Positions 29,121-37,867 of a stretch of 64,000 nt of DNA are shown here, piece after piece. Source of the DNA: a virus (Duplodnaviria; Caudoviricetes); IMG/VR virus record IMGVR_UViG_3300030099_003199, positions 32,001 through 96,000 of that record; one strand, written 5' to 3'. Under the pieces are notes generated by a model. It did not search any database, had not been told where the DNA came from, and saw only the letters and a program-made list of their open reading frames with translations. The translations under genes and the position numbers were made by a program. The stretch's first letter is position 1. Every line of letters begins with the position of its first letter.

Positions 29121-29492
29121 CTATTTTCTTTTTCCTCCGTGGTATGCTACTGCATGACCTTCAGAGATTAATAAATCATTTACACAGATCATGGTGAGTT
29201 TATCAGATCCATCTACTCTATCAATTGATAGTTTACCTAGACATCTTCCAAACTTACCTACACCTTGTGAATCTAAAAGTATTTTATCACATCCTTCTAA
29301 TAGAGTTTTAAGTCTATCCTTAGCTGCAAGACCTTTTTTCTTTTCTTCAAGGTCTCTTGTTCTTGACTCAGGAGTATTAATACCAGCAAGTCTTATACGT
29401 TTTTTAACTTTTACACTAAAACCTAAATCAATATAAGCATCAATAGTATCTCCATCAATAACTCTAATTAAGTCAATCTGATAAGAATACAT
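29121..29492 (-). CDS. Thermonuclease (SNase-like)
   Basis: RVIDGDT, RIRLAGINTPE, GKFGR, LLISEGHA. Confidence 0.9.
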   Translation of the reverse strand: MYSYQIDLIRVIDGDTIDAYIDLGFSVKVKKRIRLAGINTPESRTRDLEEKKKGLAAKDRLKTLLEGCDKILLDSQGVGKFGRCLGKLSIDRVDGSDKLTMICVNDLLISEGHAVAYHGGKRK

Positions 29493-29497
29493 TTTTA

Positions 29498-29566
29498 TTA
29501 GCTGTTGTGAGAACCATCACAGTTCCCATTTTCATCTTTTGTTTTACCACATACACATTGTGCCAT
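29498..29566 (-). CDS. 22-aa CDGSH-type microprotein
   Basis: MAQCVCGKTKDENGNCDGSHNS; start overlaps the holin stop (TAATG). Confidence 0.7.
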   Translation of the reverse strand: MAQCVCGKTKDENGNCDGSHNS

Positions 29567-29958
29567 TATTTCTTTGTTTTTTCTAATGATCGTCCACCAA
29601 AATAGGCACCAATCACAGTGATTAATACTAATTGTAATAGATCAGTCCATTTAGCTTCAACAACAAAGTTAATAACACCTGCATCAATAAATATTAATAG
29701 CACTGTGCTTACAACCAAGAATGCTAAAGTTAATGGTCTAATATTTTTAGATAGCCATGAGTCAGACTTCATATCTGCTTGCCATCTGGAAGTTATTTCT
29801 TTTTCCATTTGGACCTCATAAGTAGCTACAAGTTCTTTCATTTTTTGTTTAGCAGCTAGCTTTTCTTCATCTGAAGTGTGTAGTCCATCAATGACACCAC
29901 CAACACTTTCAACAAGATCTTTAGCTCCTCCACTAAATATAGTTCCTAGTATGCTCAT
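29566..29958 (-). CDS. Holin of 3TM (GTA-type) family
   Basis: LHTSDEEK, RWQADMKSDSWLSKNIRP, two TMs, YFGGRSLEK. Confidence 0.8.
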   Translation of the reverse strand: MSILGTIFSGGAKDLVESVGGVIDGLHTSDEEKLAAKQKMKELVATYEVQMEKEITSRWQADMKSDSWLSKNIRPLTLAFLVVSTVLLIFIDAGVINFVVEAKWTDLLQLVLITVIGAYFGGRSLEKTKK

Positions 29959-29959
29959 C

Positions 29960-30136
29960 TTATCTTTCTCCACCACATCCGCAGCCTTTTGATGTTTTTC
30001 TTGGCTTTGGTGCTCTAGTTGTTAATTTAGTCAATAAACTTCTTTGACCTCCATTTTTACCTACAGGTAATGCTTTGTTAGATTTACTATAACTACCACC
30101 ACTCCCGTATGTTTTCATTTTATATGTTCCTGGCAT
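29960..30136 (-). CDS. 58-aa basic peptide ending GCGCGGER
   Basis: Translated manually; fits the gap exactly. Confidence 0.65.
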   Translation of the reverse strand: MPGTYKMKTYGSGGSYSKSNKALPVGKNGGQRSLLTKLTTRAPKPRKTSKGCGCGGER

Positions 30137-30140
30137 AATA

Positions 30141-30233
30141 TTATTTTTTTAAGCAGCAGTCTGGTCCACACCAGCCTAAGCATACTTTATTAAACGTTAT
30201 CTTACATAATAAAATACAAATAAATTTCTTCAT
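30141..30233 (-). CDS. 30-aa six-cysteine peptide
   Basis: MKKFICILLCKITFNKVCLGWCGPDCCLKK; fits the gap exactly. Confidence 0.6.
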   Translation of the reverse strand: MKKFICILLCKITFNKVCLGWCGPDCCLKK

Positions 30234-30237
30234 AACC

Positions 30238-30471
30238 TTAAGATTTTTTAATTTTTTCAAATGCACTAATACCAAAACACCCTAATGTTACCATAACAAA
30301 GGAGTTATATATAGTGTCGTTAATTTCTAATTCTCCTCCTCCTACGTATCCCATATACATAACTGCAGTACCTAAATCTATAATAGCAAACAGTACCATA
30401 ACAGCAAAAGATATAAATCCAACTACATTTTTTTCATTTATATCATTTTTATCTTTAAACAATTTCCACAT
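30238..30471 (-). CDS. Two-TM membrane protein, holin-like (start refined to MWKLFK)
   Basis: Two hydrophobic helices and a basic C-terminus. Confidence 0.7.
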   Translation of the reverse strand: MWKLFKDKNDINEKNVVGFISFAVMVLFAIIDLGTAVMYMGYVGGGELEINDTIYNSFVMVTLGCFGISAFEKIKKS

Positions 30472-30473
30472 AA

Positions 30474-30908
30474 TTATCTTCTTTGTATTACATCTAAATA
30501 TCCATCTTCTTTTTCTCCAGTAACTGTATCTATCCATACAGCAACTATAGGTTCATTAGTGGGATCTCCACATTCAAATGTCATATAATCCATATAAACA
30601 TCCTTTAAAGAAAGCGTTGCACCTAAAGGAATCTCTGTATTATATTGTAACATCAATGCTATATCAGGAGGATTTAATTCAGTTGTTAAAACTCCTCCAG
30701 AAAAAGATGCTCTATTAAATACAGCTACATGTATAGTACAAGGGCCTGCTCCTATGTTTGTAAATGTTACTTCTTTAAATTTAGCAGTGTCAGCATTATT
30801 AGGAGACACAGGAGTAACTGATGAGCCACATTTATCAATGGCTGTCCATTCACGAACTTTTAATACTCTTGTTCCTAATGCATGTACGGGATTTACTGTT
30901 ACTGCCAT
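30474..30908 (-). CDS. Putative structural protein
   Basis: Beta-rich ORF in the late block. Confidence 0.65.
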   Translation of the reverse strand: MAVTVNPVHALGTRVLKVREWTAIDKCGSSVTPVSPNNADTAKFKEVTFTNIGAGPCTIHVAVFNRASFSGGVLTTELNPPDIALMLQYNTEIPLGATLSLKDVYMDYMTFECGDPTNEPIVAVWIDTVTGEKEDGYLDVIQRR

Positions 30909-30920
30909 AATTTATTATTT

Positions 30921-31601
30921 TTATGTTGTTGTTGCTGCAAAATCACTACTCATGTCCATGATCTTATATGTAATCCTAAAATAATAATCATCGTCTGGAG
31001 TTTGATTATAAGTTACTAATTGACCATATGTATTTGCATTTTGAGGTCTAAGTAATAATGGAACATTAGGATATGCTCTTGTTTGAGTTACTGGGGCATC
31101 TCTTACTATAATAGTATCAACTGCAGTACTTGTATTAAATACATTATTAATTGTATGATTTAACATTTTCTTTTGAAGAGTTCCATAAGTGTTCCATTCA
31201 AAATTTGCTTGTGAAGAAGGAGTTTTAATTGCAAGTAATAAATTACCACCCCAACCTCTAACTTGACCTCCACTCATTGGTGACCAAGTTCCTCTATCAA
31301 TAAATACTTCAAGCTCTCTTACTACAATAACTTTATTAGCTCCAGGTGCAGGAATTAAAGTAATAAAAGTAGCTTCTGCAGTTGTCATAGCTTTAGCTTG
31401 AGCTCCTGTTACTTTTTTTACAATAACTTTTGAATCTTGAATTAATGTTCCATCTTCAGAAAAACCAGCTGTTGTTCTAGTAGAAGTAGTATTTGGAAAA
31501 CTTGCAGCATTTTTTAGAGTTAACTTTAAATCTTTTTCTGCAAAAATAGTATTTCTAAAACGGGCAATTATATCTACAATATGTTCACCTATCCAGTTCA
31601 T
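30921..31601 (-). CDS. Putative tail/structural protein
   Basis: TLIPAPGANKVIV motif; beta-rich. Confidence 0.65.
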   Translation of the reverse strand: MNWIGEHIVDIIARFRNTIFAEKDLKLTLKNAASFPNTTSTRTTAGFSEDGTLIQDSKVIVKKVTGAQAKAMTTAEATFITLIPAPGANKVIVVRELEVFIDRGTWSPMSGGQVRGWGGNLLLAIKTPSSQANFEWNTYGTLQKKMLNHTINNVFNTSTAVDTIIVRDAPVTQTRAYPNVPLLLRPQNANTYGQLVTYNQTPDDDYYFRITYKIMDMSSDFAATTT

Positions 31602-31783
31602 TTCTTTTTACGTTTTTTAGCAATTTTCTTAAGTGTTTTAGCAAATCTGCATCTATAACCAGCCTTTTTGCTAGGCGGGTTCTTACAGTATTGTGCTATA
31701 GTCATACCTTTACGCTTAGCAGCAGCAGTTAGTGAGCCAGGCTTTTTTATAGCTTTTTTTATGTCTAATCTTTTCTTTGCCAT
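31598..31783 (-). CDS. Small basic protein (IKKPG type)
   Basis: K/R-rich; overlapping starts and stops. Confidence 0.75.
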   Translation of the reverse strand: MAKKRLDIKKAIKKPGSLTAAAKRKGMTIAQYCKNPPSKKAGYRCRFAKTLKKIAKKRKKK

Positions 31784-32046
31784 TAGCACTTCCAGCGTCT
31801 TCTTGCTTTACAAATTCTTTTATCTGGAGTTTTACTACAGTTAACGTTATGCATTCTCATCTGACCAGCTGATCTAGCGCAGTATGATTTTTTACGTTTA
31901 CCTCCTCCAGGTTGTGGAGCTTTAAGTTTAGAGCCAGTTTTTCTATTAATCATTCTACGGCCCTTAGCAGTAAGGCCACCTTTTTTACTCTTACAACCAT
32001 TCTTGATTGTACAGCCTTTCATTGCACCTTTCTTTTTACTTGCCAT
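31783..32046 (-). CDS. Small basic protein (DUF6321-like)
   Basis: GGLTAKGR...LKAP...RKKSYCARS...RRRWKC. Confidence 0.75.
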   Translation of the reverse strand: MASKKKGAMKGCTIKNGCKSKKGGLTAKGRRMINRKTGSKLKAPQPGGGKRKKSYCARSAGQMRMHNVNCSKTPDKRICKARRRWKC

Positions 32047-32276
32047 TATTTTCCAACTTTTTTCTGTGCCATTTTATGAGAAGCTCCAAATGATGCACCT
32101 TTTTTCATAGCGTCAACCATCATTTTTATATGCTTCTTTGTATGATGCACAGAATGTTTTTCTAATGTTTTTTGTTGTCTCATTGTTAATGAGCATACAT
32201 CAACACCTTTTACTTTACCTATACATGCAGCCTTTTTTTGACCACCTTTCTTGTAATATTCTCTCATTTTTGCCAT
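32046..32276 (-). CDS. Small basic His-containing protein
   Basis: HSVHHTKKH...GASFGASHK. Confidence 0.75.
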   Translation of the reverse strand: MAKMREYYKKGGQKKAACIGKVKGVDVCSLTMRQQKTLEKHSVHHTKKHIKMMVDAMKKGASFGASHKMAQKKVGK

Positions 32277-32280
32277 AATT

Positions 32281-32559
32281 TTACTTTTTTTTAGATTTAG
32301 ATTTTGTTTTACGTTTCTTAATAGAGCTAGTTCTACGTCCCATACCTACTCTTTTCTTCTCTGCAACAGCTTTAGCTTTTTGTGACTTAGATAAAGAGCC
32401 CCATGTACGTGGTGTTTTGCTTGACACACGTTTAGTAGGTCTACACTTTTTAGTGTTCTTATTCTTAGATGATCCACAAGGGTTACCTTTCTCATCTTTC
32501 CACTTCTCTTTAAACCAACGTTTAAGAGCTGCTCCTTTTGCTGTTTTTCTAACTGCCAT
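32281..32559 (-). CDS. Small basic protein (DUF5872-like)
   Basis: LKRWFKEKW...CRP...KTP. Confidence 0.75.
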   Translation of the reverse strand: MAVRKTAKGAALKRWFKEKWKDEKGNPCGSSKNKNTKKCRPTKRVSSKTPRTWGSLSKSQKAKAVAEKKRVGMGRRTSSIKKRKTKSKSKKK

Positions 32560-32696
32560 TATTTTATTTTACCTCTACGTTTTCTACACTTAGCAATATA
32601 TCCGCTAGCATAAGCACTAGGAAATACTCTGTACTTAGCTTTAGCTTTGTGATAACATGCATCTTTTTTACTTTTTGTTTTTTTCTTCTTAGCCAT
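32559..32696 (-). CDS. 45-aa basic protein
   Basis: MAKKKKTKSKKDACYHKAKAKYRVFPSAYASGYIAKCRKRRGKIK; TAATG coupling. Confidence 0.7.
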   Translation of the reverse strand: MAKKKKTKSKKDACYHKAKAKYRVFPSAYASGYIAKCRKRRGKIK

Positions 32697-32698
32697 AA

Positions 32699-33751
32699 TT
32701 AAAACACTTTATAGTTAATACCAAATTTAAAATCATACCATTCTCTGTCCCAGTATTTATTATACTTACCCTCTACAAATGCACCAAGATTTCTTGTTAC
32801 TTTATAGCCAAAGATCATACCGCCAGAATAATCATACCATTGCTCACCATCATTAAAATTGTGATAAGAATATTCACCTCCATCGTTATAGTGATAGGGT
32901 AGTATATTACCCCAGGCATGTAACCATATATCTTTATTATAAGTATAATAATCAAAACCTATAATAAGAGAATGTACCCACTGATTAGGTAATTTGTCTC
33001 TCTCAGCAGCAACATAGTTAACTAACATTTCAGGAACTGCTACAGCTTCCCATACTTCTTTACTAGTTGCTACAGATGCTCCATCAGGATTAAAGTATTC
33101 TGCCCCGCCTTCACCATCAAACTCTATAGTGTATCCTTGATCTAGGGCCAATTGTGTATAATGCAATGATCCATTAGAAAGCATCCATTGCTCAAGCGGA
33201 TTAAATCCATAGGGTTCTGATATTCTCTGACATGCCCCCACGTTAAAAGAGAGTTTACCCTTTGAATTTAACCTTAATCTTTGTGACGCTTGATAATATT
33301 CTATATCTGCAAAACCGTCTTGCATAAACTCTACACGTGTCATCCACTTAGTAGTATTGTATCGTAAGAAGTGATTTTGATTGACAAACTCTTTACCCTG
33401 TTGTCTCGCATAATCAATCTCAAATAAATACTCAAAACCTTTCTTTACTCTTCCTATAGTAGCTGCATCGTTAAATGATGTCTCTGTTCCATCTTTAAAT
33501 GGTAATTGTGGTTCGTATTGAAATCTCTGAATCTTTCTAATCCCAAACGTTAACGTATAATTATAAGGAGTTTCTACTACTTCATTTAATAAAGTTCCTG
33601 TAGCTACATCGTATACTATTTGATCTGATATTGAATTACCTCCATTAACAGATGAGTATAAAGTAGAATATTTAAAAAAATCTTTAAATACTTGACCGTT
33701 AGCTGTAAAACTAAAACAGAATAATAATATGAAAATAATTGTTCTTATCAT
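32699..33751 (-). CDS. Putative outer-membrane beta-barrel protein
   Basis: Signal peptide ending ANG/Q, amphipathic aromatic-rich strands, C-terminal FGINYKVF. Confidence 0.7.
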   Translation of the reverse strand: MIRTIIFILLFCFSFTANGQVFKDFFKYSTLYSSVNGGNSISDQIVYDVATGTLLNEVVETPYNYTLTFGIRKIQRFQYEPQLPFKDGTETSFNDAATIGRVKKGFEYLFEIDYARQQGKEFVNQNHFLRYNTTKWMTRVEFMQDGFADIEYYQASQRLRLNSKGKLSFNVGACQRISEPYGFNPLEQWMLSNGSLHYTQLALDQGYTIEFDGEGGAEYFNPDGASVATSKEVWEAVAVPEMLVNYVAAERDKLPNQWVHSLIIGFDYYTYNKDIWLHAWGNILPYHYNDGGEYSYHNFNDGEQWYDYSGGMIFGYKVTRNLGAFVEGKYNKYWDREWYDFKFGINYKVF

Positions 33752-33754
33752 AAT

Positions 33755-34549
33755 TTAAATAGGAAAGTTGTATTTGTTTGTTATATATGCATGCAATTGA
33801 GCAATTTCAGCATCTGTTAATGCAGCTTTATATAACATAAATTCATAAATTTTACCTTTATAGTATTGACCTGCAGTATTTGCTTTACCAACAAATAAAT
33901 TACTTACTGTATTAACTGGATCACCAGTTATAGCTCCTGGAGAATTAGGAGATATGCCATTAAATATAACTTCAACTTCATCATTAACATTGTCAACCCT
34001 TTGTATAGCAACACCAAAATCTTTTTCAGTTGTTCCTACAGGATTAATAGAATCAGAAGCTTGTCCACCTTGAGCATAAACAGTACCTATTAAAACATCA
34101 CCACTCCATCTAAACGCATAACCATTAGGAGTTCTACCACCAGTTATACCTGATACACCAGACTCTTGATCATTATCTTGAACTACAACTAAAGTATAAT
34201 CTTCACCATAAGGCACTGAAATATTACCATTATCTCCATCAACTAACGTATATGCTTTGTCAGTATTAGTATCATGTAAAGAATAACTTAAATTATTTTG
34301 GCCGTTTGTACCACTTAATTCAGGCTCTTGACCGGCAGTAGAAATAAGTTTATAATCATTCCAAGGTACTACAGTTGCTTTATTATCAATTGACTCTATA
34401 AGACTACCTGACAAAGCTACTGTATTTCTATCAGTCCAATCAAACCATAGCACATTAGTACCCGCAGGTCCTACTTCACCTGGAGATGATGGAGCTCCTT
34501 CAAAGTAAGGAACTTTAGTTATTGGTAATCCTAATCCTAATATATCCAT
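33755..34549 (-). CDS. LamG/ConA-like virion or adhesin protein
   Basis: LWFD...YKGKIYEFMLYKAALTDAEIAQLHAYITNKY. Confidence 0.7.
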   Translation of the reverse strand: MDILGLGLPITKVPYFEGAPSSPGEVGPAGTNVLWFDWTDRNTVALSGSLIESIDNKATVVPWNDYKLISTAGQEPELSGTNGQNNLSYSLHDTNTDKAYTLVDGDNGNISVPYGEDYTLVVVQDNDQESGVSGITGGRTPNGYAFRWSGDVLIGTVYAQGGQASDSINPVGTTEKDFGVAIQRVDNVNDEVEVIFNGISPNSPGAITGDPVNTVSNLFVGKANTAGQYYKGKIYEFMLYKAALTDAEIAQLHAYITNKYNFPI

Positions 34550-34908
34550 TATCCTTCTGCCTCTGTTCTAGTACTTCTTCTAGCGTAAGCTAAACATTTT
34601 CCAGACTTTATAACTAGTGTTCCTGCACTAATATATACTGTTAATCCTTTTGGTATTGTTATATCTGATGTATTAGTTAATGTAAGACCTAATACTCCTG
34701 CAGCAAGAGCAGCATCTCTCATTGCTACATTCCATTTAGAGTTTGTACCATCAAGAACTGTATCTTCTAGAGCAGTTATAGCAAAAAATCCTTTACTAGT
34801 ATCTGCTCTATATTTTTTATTAGCAGTATCTATATAAACAACAGTTCCAGGCTGTAAAGCTTCTGTTGTTTCTTCTTGTAATTTTGTTATATCCTTATCT
34901 ATTTTCAT
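34549..34908 (-). CDS. Putative structural protein
   Basis: FAITALEDT...IPKGLTVY. Confidence 0.6.
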   Translation of the reverse strand: MKIDKDITKLQEETTEALQPGTVVYIDTANKKYRADTSKGFFAITALEDTVLDGTNSKWNVAMRDAALAAGVLGLTLTNTSDITIPKGLTVYISAGTLVIKSGKCLAYARRSTRTEAEG

Positions 34909-34910
34909 AA

Positions 34911-37388
34911 TTAATGTTTTATAATCTTATTAATAAATATTTTATCATCTGTTGTTATATATAAATTATATAAACCATTTGAATAATCTGATATATCAAC
35001 AGTATTTAAATTCTTTCCTTCTACAATTATCTTTCCTTGCATGTCTATAACTTTTATTTCTACATTTAATCTAGTATCAATTCTAAAAATACCTGTTGTA
35101 GGATTTGGATATACTACAATACCTGTAGAAGATAAATCAGTTATATTAGTTGGCCATCCTAATTGACAATAGTCATACATTGTTTGACATGTTGCATCCC
35201 AACTGTTTTCACAACAATATTCATCTACGTCTATTACCCAAGCATAACATCCATCATTTAACCAATAAGGAATACCTGGTCCACCAATACATCCTGCATC
35301 ATATAAACAAGATAAAGAATCATTTACGTTAGCCAACGGTTCATAGTTCCATGCAACTTGATCCATACAACCTTCAACCACAGTAATACACGTACCATTG
35401 TCAGTATTAGCCAATGGATCATAGTTAAGGGCAGTACTATCAGTACAACCATAAATAAAAGGTATGCAACTAAAATCTTCTGTATTGGCTTGGGAGTTGT
35501 AGTTAAGCATAGAAGGGTCAGTGCAACCATAGATAAAAGGAATGCAATTATTATCATCTGTGTTTGCTAAAGGGTTAAAATTAAACATTGTTGAATCCAT
35601 ACAGCCAAAAACAAAAGGTTCACAAGAACCATTATCTACATTGGCTAAAGGATTAAAGTTAAACATTGATGCATCTGTGCATCCATATACTATATCTATA
35701 CAGGTTGAGTCATCTACATTTGCAAGTGGATTATAATTAAGCGCATTAGGATCTGTACACCCAGGTACTGGTAATATACATGTTCCATCGTCTGTATTAG
35801 CAGTTGAATCATAATTAAGAGCAATAGGATTTGTACAACCATCAATTACTGGTACACATGTTGAGTCATCAACATTGGCATTTATATTATAATTAAATGC
35901 TAAAGGATTTGTACATCCTTCTACTATTGCTATACATGAACCAGATATTTCTACGTTTGCTAGCGGATCATAGTTAAGAGCTGTTGAATCCATGCATCCT
36001 GCAACAATTAAAGTTGCACATGATCCATCATCATAATCAGCAGTTGTATCATATTCTAGATATAGTGGATTCATACATCCTGCTATATAATAACAAGAGC
36101 TATCATCTGTATTAGCCTCATCATAATAATTTAAAGCAAGGCTATCTGTACAACCAAATACTTTTTCTATACATGTATTACCACAATTAGTAACAAAAGC
36201 ATAAGGAAACAAAGGCTGTATAAACGGTGGTTGAACACTAATTAATGTATCACCTTCTGGATTAATGAGTGTAAATCCACATTCTATAGTTGTTAGTGCT
36301 GCTTGTGGGGATATATGAAATCTAAACACAGCTGGATCTGGAGCATCTATAGTAAATTGATGTTCATCATTAAAACCTCCAGTGTGAGTAAATATGAAAG
36401 AAGTGTCAGGTAAATCTAGAGATAAGTGTGATCCTACCCAACCATTACCCATAAGATCATGCAACACTAACGTAAATTCACATTGTGGAATAAGATCCAT
36501 TGTATTTGCAGTAGAATCATAATTAAATGCTGTTGAGTCAATACACCCAAATATCTTTAATGTTTGACAGCTACCATCATCAGTATCTGCAAAGGGGTTC
36601 CATTCTACATAATCATCATCTGTACATCCATATATAGGAGGACATTCACCTATAGTAAATACATGAGTACTGTCTGTACCAAAAGCCGGATCTGTACCAT
36701 ATACTAATGTATCTCCACATTGTTTAACAAAATAGGATCCATCTTGACCTTGCCAAAGTGAACCTTGCATACCATCTCCATAATCATCAAATATTGTAAA
36801 GTTAAGATCTCCTTCTGGTAAGCATACTGGTACAGTTAAAGTGGCATAATCTGGTTGTGATCCATAACCGCTTCCTGATGCTACTACTAAACCTAAAGAA
36901 TCAGTTATCTCCCAAGATGTTTCTGATTGATACTGATCTAAATTAATTATAACTGCAGCAGGAAAACATGGTGCTGGTGGTGGCCCATTAGGTTGACATG
37001 GTCCTAAATTAAAGTTTATTATTTCTGTAGCAAAGTAATTTGTTGGTGAAGATATAAATTCTACTATTGTATCTTGGCAATTATTCCATGTTCTAAAATA
37101 ACCTTGTTGACCTGTATCTTGCCACCCATCTCCATATTGATCTAAAAGAATAGCTGTAAGTGGTTGAGCATCTATAAATAAAGTATCTAATAAATATTCA
37201 CTTTGTACTGTAGGCTGATGATGATATACAGTATCACCTTGAACATCTGTAATATAAAACTGTGACTCAGCTGGTCCCCATGAATCATATTGTGCTTCTA
37301 TAACAAGATAGGAGTTTTGAGCACAACATTTTTTTGGAGTTACGCATGCTGCTAAAATTAGTATTATTATAAATAAAAGTTTTTTCAT
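34911..37388 (-). CDS. Secreted Cys-rich repeat protein with a T9SS type A C-terminal sorting domain
   Basis: Signal peptide, three DxxGD/NG(W/M) domains, 13 GC(T/M)D...NY...A..DDGSC repeats, terminal VYPNP...G.Y...KIIK. Confidence 0.88.
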   Translation of the reverse strand: MKKLLFIIILILAACVTPKKCCAQNSYLVIEAQYDSWGPAESQFYITDVQGDTVYHHQPTVQSEYLLDTLFIDAQPLTAILLDQYGDGWQDTGQQGYFRTWNNCQDTIVEFISSPTNYFATEIINFNLGPCQPNGPPPAPCFPAAVIINLDQYQSETSWEITDSLGLVVASGSGYGSQPDYATLTVPVCLPEGDLNFTIFDDYGDGMQGSLWQGQDGSYFVKQCGDTLVYGTDPAFGTDSTHVFTIGECPPIYGCTDDDYVEWNPFADTDDGSCQTLKIFGCIDSTAFNYDSTANTMDLIPQCEFTLVLHDLMGNGWVGSHLSLDLPDTSFIFTHTGGFNDEHQFTIDAPDPAVFRFHISPQAALTTIECGFTLINPEGDTLISVQPPFIQPLFPYAFVTNCGNTCIEKVFGCTDSLALNYYDEANTDDSSCYYIAGCMNPLYLEYDTTADYDDGSCATLIVAGCMDSTALNYDPLANVEISGSCIAIVEGCTNPLAFNYNINANVDDSTCVPVIDGCTNPIALNYDSTANTDDGTCILPVPGCTDPNALNYNPLANVDDSTCIDIVYGCTDASMFNFNPLANVDNGSCEPFVFGCMDSTMFNFNPLANTDDNNCIPFIYGCTDPSMLNYNSQANTEDFSCIPFIYGCTDSTALNYDPLANTDNGTCITVVEGCMDQVAWNYEPLANVNDSLSCLYDAGCIGGPGIPYWLNDGCYAWVIDVDEYCCENSWDATCQTMYDYCQLGWPTNITDLSSTGIVVYPNPTTGIFRIDTRLNVEIKVIDMQGKIIVEGKNLNTVDISDYSNGLYNLYITTDDKIFINKIIKH
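35301..36165 (-). repeat. 11 tandem coding repeats of about 26 aa, each with a Cys pair
   Basis: GCTD/GCMD/GCTN...DDxSC units; two more copies lie further N-terminal. Confidence 0.9.
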
Positions 37389-37390
37389 AA

Positions 37391-37795
37391 TTAAAAATCA
37401 CTCATTATTAGTTCATCAATATATTCTTGTATCTCTTCTCTAGTAGCAACCATTTTAAAACTTAAATCTGCTTGAAAACGTTTTACTTCTTCTCCATCTT
37501 TAAACACTATTATCGTAGGTACTGATGCTATTGCATATTTAGATTGGTTATTATTTTCTTCTATTAGTAATCTTTTTTTATTACACTCTTTTAATTTTTC
37601 AAACCATTTTACATCATTAGCACTATTCCATTCTGCATTAAAATGTCTCACTGTTATCTGTGAAAAACACTCTAATGAGGCAAAAGATAAATAAAGCACA
37701 AACAAGTATGTTGCAAATGTTTTCCATTTATTTATTTTTTTATCTTCCTTGCCCACGGTATTTTGTTTTATAACCACTTTGACCTTTGCTAGCAT
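37391..37795 (-). CDS. Exported thioredoxin-fold protein lacking CxxC (start uncertain)
   Basis: FNAEWNSAN in place of WCxxC; YAIASVPTIIVFKDGEEVKRF; signal peptide ending CFS/Q. Confidence 0.75.
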   Translation of the reverse strand: MLAKVKVVIKQNTVGKEDKKINKWKTFATYLFVLYLSFASLECFSQITVRHFNAEWNSANDVKWFEKLKECNKKRLLIEENNNQSKYAIASVPTIIVFKDGEEVKRFQADLSFKMVATREEIQEYIDELIMSDF

Positions 37796-37865
37796 TTTTA
37801 CTATGTACTCCAGGTCTTTTGGTTCGTTTATTACCTTTAAATTGTATTGTGGATTTTTTTCTCAT
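37740..37865 (-). CDS. 41-aa basic peptide
   Basis: MRKKSTIQFKGNKRTKRPGVHSKNASKGQSGYKTKYRGQGR. Confidence 0.7.
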   Translation of the reverse strand: MRKKSTIQFKGNKRTKRPGVHSKNASKGQSGYKTKYRGQGR

Positions 37866-37867
37866 TA

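Noticed and set aside
35301-36165. CRISPR array or DGR repeats
   Set aside because: Repeats are degenerate, in frame and protein-level; no cas genes or reverse transcriptase seen.
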